The notes under the pieces: model-generated | The model's database searches: none | What the model saw: the letters and a program-made list of their open reading frames with translations, nothing else | Told to the model about the DNA's origin: nothing | Shown: one piece after another, positions 11,401 through 23,700 of the stretch | Layout of the letters: every line of letters begins with the position of its first letter | How positions within the stretch are numbered: position 1 is the stretch's first letter | IMG/VR virus record: IMGVR_UViG_3300021979_000004 | Location: 1-64,000 of that record | Length of the DNA: 64,000 bases | Reading direction: 5' to 3' (one strand) | Source of the DNA: a virus | Taxonomy: Duplodnaviria > Caudoviricetes | Made by a program: the position numbers and the translations under genes

Positions 11401-12943
11401 AGCTCACTATACACTTCTTCTACCGAAGGCCATTTACCAATGTTTCGGTCATAGTTGATATTCCCTTCGCAATCTATAAAACCATTCGCACCGCCAATGT
11501 AACTACTATCTGCAAGGTCGTTACGAATAAATTCTATATTATCGTGAAGCAATTCGATTCCCAACTCACGAAGTAGCTTATCATGATAGTCAAAATACTT
11601 TGGATAATTAATATCGTCGTTTAAAGAGTACTCTGCATCATCCTCATTACGAGTTTTGATAGCTTCTGTGATCAACTCAGAATATTCATCTAAAAGATAC
11701 AGGCCCGACTTTTTACGGTAACGTTCAACCCTTGCTTTATTCCAGTTAGAATGGGGAGCCGACGAATCATGAAAATAATTATCGGTTTTGAAAATAATAT
11801 CCTTAGCCTGATCTTTAGTGACTTTTTTACCCTTGATAATAGTATGGGGCCACTTCGGAAGACTTTGGTTAAAAAGGTCAATACTCATGTTAATTCCTTA
11901 AAATGTTTTCATAGGTAGCTCAAACTTTTGTTGACGAGAAATAAAATCATACTCGTCTAGCAAACGCGCAAGATTGTTTTTAAAGTTAGTTGCTTTATTA
12001 ACAACTTTCTCATCTTCTTCGTTTTCCAAACCTTTGTTGATTTGGGATACAATGTTTAGTGAAGTATAGATGATATCAATAATTTCTTGATCAGATTTAA
12101 TAAACTCATTAACCATGTACTTAGCTACCTTAAAACGCCTTGCATCACCACGATGTTCTTTGGGTACATAGTTCATCAAGTAACTACTTTCTGCACTACG
12201 AAAGAGAGATTCAGTAGCACGTGAATAATCAGCAATGTCTTTTGAAAGGAACCGTCGTACATTGCTATTGTAAGCGATTGATATGATATTCAGAGCCATT
12301 TCACCAAGAATTTCACCAGCCTTTGACTTGAACTTCAGTTCTTTCTTCTGTCGTTCATTTCTCTGATGGACTGCACTCTTAATGTGACCTTCAAGGTCTA
12401 CATGTTCTTCAAGTGGAATATTCTGTTCTTGGTATTCACGAAATTGATGTTTCATTTTCTTCAGAAGCTTTTCGTTTGAAATCTTTTCCTTAAGAAGAGT
12501 GTTGAAGCTTTCAGTAAGACGCTCTTTCTTACCACGCTTCTCATAGTATTCATAGTCTTCGCCGTGTTCATCAGGGTACATAGTACAGTAGTAATCAGGC
12601 TCAGGATTACCAATGGCATCAAGCTCTTCTTTGACTTTCTTAAGCTGTTTCTTCAGTTCGTGTACGCGACCATGTTGTTCCATGATTTCACAAATGAAAG
12701 ACAAAATTACACTGTTAATCATCACACTCTCCTATTAATCCTATTAGTTTACCGATTTAATTACTCTGAGTCAATGATATCATGCAACTCATCTATCACA
12801 TCACACAGATTTTGGTGCGATTCAATAAGACGCTCTACGCGTACAGGGTCAATCCGCCTCGCTTCCCTAACAATTTCTTCGAAATTGTCCATCTTAGTAA
12901 AAAAGTAATTATCCAAATGTGGTGTTTCGTTTCGCTCAGACAT
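5495..12943 (-). other. Array of about 20 tightly packed hypothetical early genes
   Basis: Contiguous or overlapping minus-strand ORFs with SD sites; mostly no recognisable domains. Confidence 0.8.
8011..8262 (-). CDS. Lar-family (restriction alleviation)-like zinc-ribbon protein
   Basis: N-terminal GCPFCG and C-terminal AI..A...WNTR pattern. Confidence 0.5.
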   Translation of the reverse strand: MMSDLSEGFRGCPFCGEIPEVSNDGTCLDIDCCVSMSFQKSDIFDEKYGKRFDLNMETLKYDPELEQDAIDYAKEIWNTRVDV

Positions 12944-13028
12944 AAGATTTCTCCTATTATATGTACATATAATAAACTAAATTGAAGTACATTGCAAACA
13001 ATAAATATATAAAAAGAAAGGATTAGAT

Positions 13029-14009
13029 ATGAAAATTAATGAAGTGGATATACCGGAAGAGAATGCGTTGTTCGAAAAAATAATAGCATCGAAGTATTTC
13101 AACGATAACATTTTACCTTATATTATAAAAAATCGTATGCCCCCAGAGTTAATACATGGAACTTATAAGTTAGAGCCAAGAAAGGTTTTTTACAATAAAG
13201 GTCGTGGCAGGCCAGTTGATACATCCAGATTAATACACGATTTGGTTAACCAACAGTCGAAGGAAAAGTTTGGGGTTGAAGTCAGAAACTTACTGTTTGC
13301 CTCTCAGTCTGCCGAAGTATCAGAGAACTATGGGTCAACAATAACAATTATTCCATTAGATGATGATTATAGATTTTACTACAGCGATATCGTAGCTGAC
13401 ATGTACACATCATCAAATGGTATTTTTAGCTTCACTGAATATAACAAGAAACGAGGGAAGGTAGTTTTAGATGCAGTAAACAGCGATCAAGGCAAAAGGT
13501 TTCAATCTGAAATATACAAAGCAATTACAGGTAGTGATGGTATGACACAATCTATAACCTATTACTTGTACAGTGTTGTTTACAGTGTCGGTTTCTATGG
13601 CGGAACACTAGAAGATAATATTTTTGTTTTCCAAAGCTTAGATGAAATGCGTGACGCAAAGAATTGGACAATACCCGCTAAGCACATGATAAACTCTATC
13701 AAAAACTGTTATAGAAAACTTGTTGAAAAAGAAAACATCTATGATGTTGATGACTTGAATTTTAGAAACGCACAAAACCTGCTCAAAGATTTTGTTACAT
13801 TTATTATAGATCATTTAATTGAAATGGACATAGAAACTTTGAAACAACGTGCATACATGTACGTGTCTGATTTGAAAGAAACAACAGACCTTTATGAGAT
13901 AAATGAAGCACATGAGATAATGTGTTCAAAAGGAAACTATGCCACATTGAGTACATTCAAAGGCGACATGCATAGTCTGGTTAAATATTATAAGAGACGA
14001 TATCAATAA
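13029..14009 (+). CDS. ART-like paralog 1 (candidate internal head protein)
   Basis: AATAAATA at 13000-13007; MKINE start; motifs IHGT, RPVDT, RNLLFAS..YG, HEIM shared with five paralogs. Confidence 0.55.
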   Translation: MKINEVDIPEENALFEKIIASKYFNDNILPYIIKNRMPPELIHGTYKLEPRKVFYNKGRGRPVDTSRLIHDLVNQQSKEKFGVEVRNLLFASQSAEVSENYGSTITIIPLDDDYRFYYSDIVADMYTSSNGIFSFTEYNKKRGKVVLDAVNSDQGKRFQSEIYKAITGSDGMTQSITYYLYSVVYSVGFYGGTLEDNIFVFQSLDEMRDAKNWTIPAKHMINSIKNCYRKLVEKENIYDVDDLNFRNAQNLLKDFVTFIIDHLIEMDIETLKQRAYMYVSDLKETTDLYEINEAHEIMCSKGNYATLSTFKGDMHSLVKYYKRRYQ

Positions 14010-14031
14010 AAAAGGGGCTAACGCCCCTTTA
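14006..14031. terminator. Bidirectional terminator between convergent genes
   Basis: AAAAAGGGGC-TAAC-GCCCCTTTT. Confidence 0.8.
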
Positions 14032-14033
14032 TG

Positions 14034-14384
14034 TTATCCTACTTGTACGTGGGGCTTATCCCACTTACCGACTTCAATGCTGTAGTAGAAAGCGCAATGG
14101 AAGTAGTCAGTCATTGAATCTGATTCGTCAAAATAGTCACCAGTTTTACGAATGATTTCGTCAATGCGGCTGATAACAGAAGCTTGCTCTTCGTTATCAG
14201 TGGTGTCTTTGATCCAGTAGTGATTGATAGAACGATTAACATCATTCTCGAAGTACGGTGACTTCATAATGGCTACGTGGACAGAGCTATGATGCTCTTT
14301 ACGGATAGAGAATTTGATTTCAGGAAATTCTTTCTTCAGAGCTTCGCGGATATCTTTAACAGTTTCTTTAGTGATGAAAGCCAT
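14034..14384 (-). CDS. LPD29-like domain protein
   Basis: ALKKEFPEIKFSIR ... D.M.DYF pattern recalled for LPD29. Confidence 0.5.
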   Translation of the reverse strand: MAFITKETVKDIREALKKEFPEIKFSIRKEHHSSVHVAIMKSPYFENDVNRSINHYWIKDTTDNEEQASVISRIDEIIRKTGDYFDESDSMTDYFHCAFYYSIEVGKWDKPHVQVG

Positions 14385-14448
14385 GTGATTCTCCCCTTAA
14401 TGTGTAATACCATTATAAGTTAAAATACGTTCGGCTGTCAACAGGTTT

Positions 14449-15490
14449 TTAAGAAAAATGTAAATCAATGTCTATGCATATAATAGAATCATTAACTACC
14501 ATTGAAGTATAATCACACTCCATATTTCCAGAGAATGCTACCGATCCATTGTCATGAACATCAAAAGCCATAAACAATTCTTGAGAAAAGTATAATCTAT
14601 AAGGTAGAAAATACACCGACATTCCATCATCGCCTTGAGTAACTAAAGGATATTTACTGTTCACATAGTTACAACCACTAAATTCTAAAGTGGTTCCTAT
14701 AGGCTCATACATAGATTCTATGAACGAAGTGCAATATTCACCGGCTCTGTTTCCGCTCAATACAACACCGCTGCAACGATCACCGAACAATACTATTTGA
14801 TCACCACACAATGCCATACCTACATAGGGATACCTATCTAGAGGCTTCGGGTCAATACTCGCTTTTACTTCACTTCGCATCATAGTCTCCGCACGGAATG
14901 TGAATGCCATTGGGATTTAAAACAGCATAACAGCTTTTCTCTATAGGTGTGTGACTTTCTTTATATACGAATGACGAAAACTTATAAGGGTTGTATGTTA
15001 CTTCACAAGATGTTTCAAATGGCAATTGGGTATGGATTGGGTAGTCGAAACCAGACTTACCAATAGTTACCAATGAAACGATGTAACCTTCCACGAACGC
15101 ATGTACGTTCTTTGTACGCTCTCTCAGAACTCGCTCACGACCTTTTTCACTAACTATATACTTCGCATCCTTTAACACTATATTGTTGCAGTGAGCAATC
15201 ACTAGACCTTTCATTGGGCCTTCCATTGCTCTTACTGAATAACAGTCTTTATGCAGATTCTTATATACTCTTACACGCATTTATTATTCCTCAGTTACAT
15301 CACTCCACTCAGGAACCTGTGGTTGTGCGCAGCTATTTTTGTGTCCGCATCTTCTACATGTTGCCTGTGGCATTCCTACATAATACTTTGCTGTAGTGAT
15401 GCATCCAAATGTATCGCAGATAAATTCACGAATCCAAAACCTAATATTGTTGGGTGAATGTGGATTCTTTGTTTCAAATAGTTTGGACAT
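14449..15490 (-). other. Three hypothetical early genes, including a conserved phage protein (VYKNLH...GRERVLRE..KNVHAFV)
   Basis: ORF track; sigma70-like promoter upstream near 15520-15547. Confidence 0.7.
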
Positions 15491-15573
15491 ATTAATACCC
15501 TCGATTCAATCAATGGTTAAGCTATCATACCATTATTTACCTGTCAATAAATACTATAAACTATAGGATTCAA

Positions 15574-16332
15574 TTGATGAAAATACAACACCTTAACGAA
15601 AGCATAAAGTCATTAACTAGTGATGAATTACAATCACTACTAGAGACAGACTATTCAGAAGCATACGAACATGCAAAAGACGGTCATTATATCTTCAAAG
15701 GCATGTACATGAACTTAGACCCTTCTATGGCACATTTACTTGAGCCGTTAAAGGATCGCAAATCAAAGAACACATTAAACTATTACACACTATGGATGAA
15801 TAATAGCCAAGAGTGGTCAGAATACCCTAAACGCAGTGTAATATGTACCAATAGTTCGCGCAATGCAAATGAATATGGATTCCAAACCTTTATAATACTT
15901 CCTAAAAATGGCACTAAGATCGGCGTATGTGATGACTTCGACTTATGGTCTTCATTTGATTTTGGTGGTGGAATGGCAGACGCAAGCGATGTGAATTATT
16001 TTTTCAATGCGATGTTTGAAAAGTTTTATAAAAAAACACCAGAAACTTACGAAGACATGGTTGGGATGCTAAAGGGTATTGAAGTTAATGACGAAACATT
16101 CAATTATGTTTCATCCGCTATGTCCAGACAAGGATTAAACAAGTCGAAGCTTCTAAATATTTTCAAAGAGCATGGAGCGTATGGATTGTTTGCTAGTCTA
16201 TTCAGCACCAAAGGTTTTGAAATGACTACGGTTGGTGGTGTACATCAATATAATGACAAAGCCAGAGAGGTTTGGTTCGATAACCAGTTTATCGCCATTG
16301 ATATTGAAAGTAAGGGCGATATTATCCGATGA
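15574..16332 (+). CDS. ART-like paralog 2 (most divergent)
   Basis: AATAAATA at 15546-15553; MKIQHLNE; IFKG, RSVICTN..ANEYG, REVWF. Confidence 0.5.
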   Translation: MMKIQHLNESIKSLTSDELQSLLETDYSEAYEHAKDGHYIFKGMYMNLDPSMAHLLEPLKDRKSKNTLNYYTLWMNNSQEWSEYPKRSVICTNSSRNANEYGFQTFIILPKNGTKIGVCDDFDLWSSFDFGGGMADASDVNYFFNAMFEKFYKKTPETYEDMVGMLKGIEVNDETFNYVSSAMSRQGLNKSKLLNIFKEHGAYGLFASLFSTKGFEMTTVGGVHQYNDKAREVWFDNQFIAIDIESKGDIIR

Positions 16333-16850
16333 AGATATCAGAAACCCAATATAAGTTTAATGATGAAATGCTAGGTTCTCATTCCGGTCAAACTGATATG
16401 AAACTATCATTAGAACACAATGGTGATATTGTAGCTCATTTGGTTTACACCGTGTATCAAGGTGTTCCCGCTATCTCTATGATAGAAGTTAAAGAGAAAA
16501 GAAAGTCATATGGTTCGGCTCTAGTCAAAAAGTTACAATCATTATACCCTGACGAAGAAATAGAATGGGGGATGACAACAGACGAAGGTGAAAAATTACG
16601 TAAGAGCTTTAATTATAAAAAAGTTCCAACAGAACATTATGATGATTTTGTCAGGTATAAGCGAGTAAAGAAAGAGTTGGATACGTACCAATATAGAGCA
16701 AATGAATTATGGTCAAAAGATACCTTGAGTGATGAAGAGAAGAAAGAACTTAAGAGTATTGGCGAAAAACTAAATGACTTGAACGATGAAGTTTATGACT
16801 TAGAAGATATCATAGATTTCGAAAAGCCTTACAAAAAGATAATACAATAG
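16329..16850 (+). CDS. GNAT-fold acetyltransferase-like protein
   Basis: ISMIEVKEKRKSYGSALVKKL resembles GNAT motif A; MKISE N-terminus. Confidence 0.5.
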   Translation: MKISETQYKFNDEMLGSHSGQTDMKLSLEHNGDIVAHLVYTVYQGVPAISMIEVKEKRKSYGSALVKKLQSLYPDEEIEWGMTTDEGEKLRKSFNYKKVPTEHYDDFVRYKRVKKELDTYQYRANELWSKDTLSDEEKKELKSIGEKLNDLNDEVYDLEDIIDFEKPYKKIIQ

Positions 16851-16857
16851 GACTGTT

Positions 16858-17907
16858 ATGAAGATTAAGCACTTACTAGAAGATAGAAAAGATTATAGCA
16901 ATATTATCAAAAACCCATTCTTTCAAAAATATATTCTTCCCAAGATCAACAAAGAAATGTTCGATGGCGTTGAAAAGTTTTTATACAAGAAAGAAAAGGA
17001 TTTTACGAGTTCTTTCAGAATGGATCGTTCACTATTGTTTACTCTTTCTATGGAAGTTTTCACACATACCAAAGATATACTTTTACATGGCAGTAACCAT
17101 GGTCATTATGAAACTGGTGAAACGTATACGCTTACTCACCGAGAAGGTCCAAGGGATAGCGATTCAACCATGCATAATATGGTTAATAAAGTATCTGAAG
17201 ATGTGTATGACGAATTTATTAGAAACCTGATGTTTGTAACAAGGTTATTTTCGACAGCATCAGATTATGCAGACAAGTATACCGACCTCTATATAATCAT
17301 TCCGTTGGATACTCCAACTTTTTATTATAGTGATAAGTATGAAGATTTCTTTGTTGACTATCTAGGTGAAGGTAACGCAGTTAGAAATTTGCTGAGAGAA
17401 GTTATGAACACTACTAATTTCTTAGTAGGAGACAATGAGAAAGAATTTAAAGCGTTAGGTGATGAATGGGATTATGATGCTTGGTTATTTTATGAGCTAT
17501 GTAAGAATAGTATTGAAAAGTCACTGAAGGATAAAACTAAAATATTATTCGACAACCTTACAAACAACAACTATCTCGAAACCTTAACCGGTGATATTAA
17601 AGCCGAGATTGTAGATCATATAGAATTTTTAATGAAGAAACAGTTTGATAAAAAAGCCAGTGATAAATTTTTAAAAGAAATTTCTTCACTAGTAAGTCCA
17701 ATAGTTGATCAGTATACAAGAAATATATACAAAGCAATCCATAACCTAGCTGAAAGTTACGTAAAGAGTGTTAAACGAACTAACAATTTCACAGAGGCAA
17801 GTGAAGATTCTGAATTAATGATGGACTGTAATCAGTTCACCGTGATTGAAATGAACGACTTCGCTAACATAGTGGTTGAAGTTTACAAATCCCAACGCGA
17901 AAGTTAA
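16858..17907 (+). CDS. ART-like paralog 3
   Basis: MKIKHLLE; LHGS, GPRDS, RNLMFVT..ASDY, SELMM. Confidence 0.55.
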   Translation: MKIKHLLEDRKDYSNIIKNPFFQKYILPKINKEMFDGVEKFLYKKEKDFTSSFRMDRSLLFTLSMEVFTHTKDILLHGSNHGHYETGETYTLTHREGPRDSDSTMHNMVNKVSEDVYDEFIRNLMFVTRLFSTASDYADKYTDLYIIIPLDTPTFYYSDKYEDFFVDYLGEGNAVRNLLREVMNTTNFLVGDNEKEFKALGDEWDYDAWLFYELCKNSIEKSLKDKTKILFDNLTNNNYLETLTGDIKAEIVDHIEFLMKKQFDKKASDKFLKEISSLVSPIVDQYTRNIYKAIHNLAESYVKSVKRTNNFTEASEDSELMMDCNQFTVIEMNDFANIVVEVYKSQRES

Positions 17908-18152
17908 AGTCTATAACACCAACAGAATTTAGTTCAGTAAGAATATCGATGAGGGCAACTTTAACATTATAACCCTCATCTAGTTTTATTTTAAATCTAT
18001 GATAGTTTATATCAGAAGAGTGATAAAGCATGTAGTCATATCGTTGTCCAATATTTTCTAAGAATGAGAAGTCATCTATGTCTTCATCATATGATTGATT
18101 CAATAAGTAATGATCTATCTTAAACTCTATTTCTAACATGCTTATCCTAATT

Positions 18153-18333
18153 CGGCGCGGAGGGCAAGGACTCGAACCTCCCAATCATCGCCCCCTTTCA
18201 CTTTAATACTTCGTAACAGGCGCGAATTGTTACTTTTCGAAAAGCTACTTAAGGATGACCGACCCCAACACTTTACAAGCTCAAGTTCTCTACGCGCTAT
18301 AGATCACCATTGCAAGCAGTGCACAGTCTCCGC
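18153..18333 (-). ncRNA. tRNA-like RNA (terminal stem plus T-arm around a ~150-nt insert)
   Basis: GCGGAG/CTCCGC terminal pairing; GAGG-TTCGAGT-CCTT arm; intergenic. Confidence 0.45.
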
Positions 18334-18704
18334 ATAACACTTTTACATAGCGCTTGACGAACATTCGCTTAAAATTTCTTCGTTCGTCAAATCTAGATGT
18401 GTATCGTTATAACAATTAAATTCTTCAACGAGGTTGATAACAGTTGCCTCGTCATTCGTTGTATGTTCCTGAATAGCATTTACCGCGTCAATTACTTCTT
18501 TTTCATTGTTACAGTAAAAGCGCTGTGACATAACTTCACCGGTTTGGTTTTCGTCTTTATCTACCTGAAAACCTTCAAGCTGGACAAAGTATTTACCTTT
18601 AAGCGAACGCTTCAGAAGTCCAGTCTTTCGAATAAAAATACGTGGAGCGTAAAATCTGTAATCATTAGTTCGTTTACTCATAACTTTGTCCTCACTTTAG
18701 AATT

Positions 18705-18891
18705 TGATAGTCGGTAAGGGAGTTGAACCCAAAAGTCTCAGTTATTAAATAAAGCCTACTAAGTTCGCTACACTGTTCATCTATATCCCTTCCCTAAGAC
18801 TTATACGACCCATACGCTTAACACACTTCCAGCAATTCCAATATCAGCGTAATAAAGGACGTTCCTTTCATGCCCACGTATCGTCACCGAC
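18705..18891 (-). ncRNA. tRNA/tmRNA-like RNA (acceptor stem plus T-arm)
   Basis: 5' GTCGGTG pairs with 3' TACCGAC directly after GGG-TTCAACT-CCC; no tag ORF seen. Confidence 0.5.
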
Positions 18892-19835
18892 CGTATTAAA
18901 CTTTATCTACTTTACCATCTTCGAAAGTAAACCACAATACCCATGTGTCAAAAATCTTTTGCATCCGTCGAAGTGTGTCTGAATATTTAGTCTTATTTCG
19001 TTCGTTAGGGTATTCTTCAATTGGGTCTAGAATCCAATCCATTGCCAAAACTATACAACCCACGCACATCATAAAGAGCCATGGGAAAATAGTCAAGGCT
19101 AACAAAAACCGAACAAACTTTCTCATCATATTCATTACTTTACCATCCTAATTCATTCATAAATCTACGCTTAATATAGTCGTATTGCACAGGGTCTTTT
19201 AATTTTAAAATATACCACTGTTCTTTTGTAAGACTAACCTGAACCGTGATCATACAATATTCTCTTGCTAGAAACTTCTCTTTCTCTCTTTTTATAAGTA
19301 CCTTTTCTTTAGGTGGGTAATACGAAAAGAAAGGTATCTGAAACTGGTCTTTTAAATAATATGTCACTACGTCTGACATATACCCTTTATCTATGAGTCC
19401 TTCCATCAACCAGTCATTTTTAATTTCTGGGTGACATGTAAACGAATTAACAAACTCATACAGTTCAGGGTTTTCCTGAAGTAATTTATTTTTAAATGCC
19501 TTTGACCTGATAAACGAATACAAGTCAAATGAATGTAAAACTTCATGTGAAAAATAAGATTTTGTTTCCATCCATGAATAATACCAGTTCCGTGAACCAA
19601 GTCAAGGGAATTCGAAGAATTCATGGTGAGGCTTGTCCTCACCAATAAAACTATTATTATCTGTATTCCATTTCATTCCATACAGATATGAAATATCATT
19701 CTGATATTTCTAATTTATCTATTTCTTTTGTAACTAAAACTCTTACTTTTTCTTTATAAAGAAATATAAAGATTAGGTTAGACTTTTTAGGTTAGACTTT
19801 CATTGATAAATATTCTTATCTAGGAGTTGAATTAT

Positions 19836-20684
19836 ATGAAGATAAAACACTTGCTTAATGAATCGCATGAACATATCTACGAAGCAATAGTAGAGAGTAA
19901 ATTTTTTAAAGAAAATTATGAAGATAAGATCAAGTATGCAGTTGAGAATGATATTGAGTTTCAATACTTAGAAGAAATTGCTTGGTTGTTTCATGCTAGT
20001 GACAAACTTCCTGAAGAAGCTGGTATTGTTAATCAAAGGTTGAGAGAAAGACCACGTGATTCATCGCCATTATTTCATAGTATGGTGAATAGATACGCTA
20101 TGGAAAAAGTAAATGTGCCTGTACGTAACCTTATCTTCTCACATACGATGCGTCATAAAGTTCGTGATTATGGCGATGACATCTATGTTCTATTCCCATT
20201 GGATAACAACTATAAGCTTTTTTATGCGGATTCTATCAACGATATGACCGAGCATTATACTGTTTCCATTAATAATATTTCTCAAGTTAATAAGAAGTTT
20301 GATGAATTCTGTGAGAAATACGGTTTAGAAAAATATGAATATGAAATACCTAGTTCATTGGCAGTAGGAATCTATTCTTCTGAAAGCGAGGAAGAACTTA
20401 AAGAGAAAGTAGGAAATATGTTCAAGATGATAGACTACAGTTCTGAAAAGTTTTCACAAGATGAATTAACTGATAAGTTAACTGATTACATACTGCAAGA
20501 TTTTAATGCTAAAGCCAGTGACTATGCAGAACATTTGAAAGTTGAGTCTAAGTTGGTTAAGAGGGATGAAGAGTACATGCTTTACGGTGGAAACATTGCA
20601 GTGTTAAGTACTGAAGGCAATTATACCAGTGCGTTCTCAAGGTTCAAGGACTATCTGGTTAAAAAGTATAGCCAAGGGTTGTAA
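19836..20684 (+). CDS. ART-like paralog 4
   Basis: GATAAATA at 19805-19812; MKIKHLLNE; LFHAS, RPRDS, RNLIFS..RDYG, EEYML. Confidence 0.55.
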   Translation: MKIKHLLNESHEHIYEAIVESKFFKENYEDKIKYAVENDIEFQYLEEIAWLFHASDKLPEEAGIVNQRLRERPRDSSPLFHSMVNRYAMEKVNVPVRNLIFSHTMRHKVRDYGDDIYVLFPLDNNYKLFYADSINDMTEHYTVSINNISQVNKKFDEFCEKYGLEKYEYEIPSSLAVGIYSSESEEELKEKVGNMFKMIDYSSEKFSQDELTDKLTDYILQDFNAKASDYAEHLKVESKLVKRDEEYMLYGGNIAVLSTEGNYTSAFSRFKDYLVKKYSQGL

Positions 20685-20711
20685 TTATATTTTAAATGCT
20701 CTATAATGGTA
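20679..20711 (+). promoter_or_regulatory. Early promoter, class AAGGGTTGYA-17-TATAATGGTT
   Basis: TTGTAA-17-TATAAT; near-identical copies at 31477-31509 and 56887-56919. Confidence 0.75.
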
Positions 20712-20736
20712 TTATTCAATTAATGGAGATATCATT

Positions 20737-23700
20737 ATGAAATACGGCGACATTGTACGTGAAATCATCAAACCTGCTCTGGAAGAATACACCAAAGAAA
20801 ATAATATGGGTGTGGCATACTATAGCAACAATCGTGATATTGCCATTGTCAATGAAGCTGGTAAGAATGTAGCTGAAGTTTCTATTGAGTACAAAAATAT
20901 TCGTGCGCCTATGGTAAGTGACGTAAAGGTGTGCGTAGAACCATACTTCTCTCGGAATCATCTTCTTCACCCTAACGTTCGTCTCAAGACCCGTACATTT
21001 ACAGTAAAGAATGGCGAAGACCACGATGTCATTGCAAGCAAGACCGTTCGGTTTGTTAACAAATTGGTTTGTGATTTTGAAAAAGCATTCAATGAATCAA
21101 ACGAAATCTACAACGCGATTAACACTGCTAAGAATAACCGTACTATGGCGATCAAAGATGCGCTTCGTAACTATCCTGAAATGGAATACGACGAATCTAT
21201 TGAACAGGTGCGTTATAACAATTATCGCCTGACCCCCTCACTTCGGAACGATGAAGTCTATTTTCGGGTACAATTTGATATTGCTCAGTCAAAATATGTT
21301 AATGTCGAGACAATGAAAATGATTCTCGATTAATCTTAACATTTAATAATTATGTAAATCTAGTAAATACCTCTGTGCATTGAGATTGTATGGAGGTATT
21401 TTTGTATGTTAACATTCTTATTAACGGCACTTATTGTTTTTATGTCGGTGCCTGCTGCGTTCGGCTTATTAGTTTTCTTTCATGTATTTGTTAGAAAAAA
21501 GACCAGTCCTGCCGATGCGTCAAACAGAATCAATCATTTTAGATTAGTATGGTTTGCTTTGACGAGAGAAGAAAAATTCGTTGATGTCTTCCCATGGATG
21601 AAGAACGATGAAATGGAAAATATAGAGAATAAGAGCGAAACGAGAAATCAACCATAAAAGGATTGACAGTAAAATAAGTTTCACGTAACATTAGGGTAGA
21701 TACATTCTACCCTTTTTTATTGGAGAAATTCTATGACCATTCGAGAGATTCATGAACTGTGTGACCAAGCTGACGCTATCGATCCGGCTGCATACTTTGA
21801 ACTGTGTGAGGCTGATCTAGATGATGACGATTTTGTAAAGGGATTAGAGGAAATTATTGCAGGCGATGCTTAAGAGGATGCTTAAGATGAATAGTGTAAG
21901 TGTTGAGTTCACTAACGATCCGTTAGAATTTAATTTTGCAACCTTCGTAGAAGTTTTTCGTGAGTCTGCAAAAATCTATTCTCTTAAGGATTATAAAAAA
22001 TATTCTGGTGATGTTGCTTTATACTACTTGCTGATGGCAAACTATGAAGCCATTGATAAGAGTTTGCCATTTGAAAAAGATAACATCACTGCGATTCAAT
22101 CACACTTCCGTAAACATGATGTGACTGGAAATGAAAAAACCGATATTGCTATATGGACGTTGATATCATCCTCTGAACTTTTTTGGGATGTGTTGCGATC
22201 ACTAGTAGATGGTAAAAATTTTAGCGAGGAATTTTAAAATGTTGTGGATATTACTTGGTGTCGTGTTAGTTATTGCGGCATTCCCCGTAGGAATGTTTGT
22301 TTCACCTATCCTTATAATGGCTGGTGCTATGGGAGCATCAGACGACCCAAATGCTACTAAGCTTGCATTTGCATTTGGATTCGGTGTTTGTATATTTGCA
22401 ATAATCCTTCCTATTGCAATGTTTATCGGTGGGTTAATTCTAATTTTTTAAGGATCGTATTATGTCTCAGGTTGAAAGATTGTTTTGGAGAGCAGACTAT
22501 AAAGTGTCTATTAAACTCGATGGACCTGAATATTATTTTTTAATTCCAAGAGAGTATCTTGAATTAGCAGAACATGATGGTGAGGATATTCATAAGGCTG
22601 CTACTGAGTTCGTTCTTAATGGGCTTGAAGAAAATAAAGTAATATGTAAAGACCTCAGAAAGCTTTTATATTTACATGTTTTTAATTGCATGTTGCGTCA
22701 ACTTCCTCTTCGACCAGAAAGAAAATCTTGGTTGTATCGTATGAAGAAATCAGTAGGTTGGTAATATGTCTGATCGATATGTTGTAAAATTTGAAATAGC
22801 ATATAGTTTACTAGTCAGGTACTATATTACTGGTATAGATAATGATCATGTAACTGATATGCTAGGTCTTCTTGGTGAAGGTTGTGTATCCTTAATGAAA
22901 GAGTATGTTGGTACACGCAATACGACATCGCATCATAACCATAGAGAAATTGATGATGAGTATATTCCTGCAATAAAAAAAGAAATGTCGAAAATTGGAA
23001 TATTTAATATGGCTACGTGTAAAATTCGTTCAAGAACAGGGTCTGGGTCTGGGCAATATTCTACTGTTGGTATTATAGTTGATCTTACTGACATTTCTAG
23101 TAATATTAACTACCTGAAATTAAAAAGCCCGAAACATTATCAAGCCCTGATGTTCTATACACAAAAGAAACTTAGTAAAGACGAATTGAAAATGTTTTGA
23201 CTGTACAGTCAAAAGCTGGTATTCTGTATTAAATTATTTTTTGGAGAATTAAAATGGCTAATTCATTTAAAGACTCAGATATTCTCAAACAACTGAAAAA
23301 AGAACTTCATGAAAAAGAAGATCGAATTTTCAGAGAAAACATCGTTCCTTATGAACAATGGTCTGAAATGGATAAGGCCAATCAGCGTTATGTAGATGGC
23401 ATTCGCCGTGCATGTGCTGAATATCATGAAAAATATGGAGAAGAAGATAATGACTGACGCCAACAATGGAATCGATGAAAGCAAGATCGAGGAACAAGAC
23501 TCGAAAACAATTGAAGAAGAGCGTTTTGAGCTTCAGCAACGCCTAGATAATACTATGAGCAACCTTGCCATGGTAAGAGACGAAAAAGCCAAAGGTGAAG
23601 CTCTTACTGCGTGTCGAGAAGCGTTTATGTCTATGGTAGATAATCCTATGGAAAAATTTGGTATCCCCGCTGACTTTACTGATACTAGAGTATTGCTGGA

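Noticed and set aside
18705-18891. Bona fide tmRNA (ssrA)
   Set aside because: No G3:U70, no CCA, too short, and no tag reading frame.
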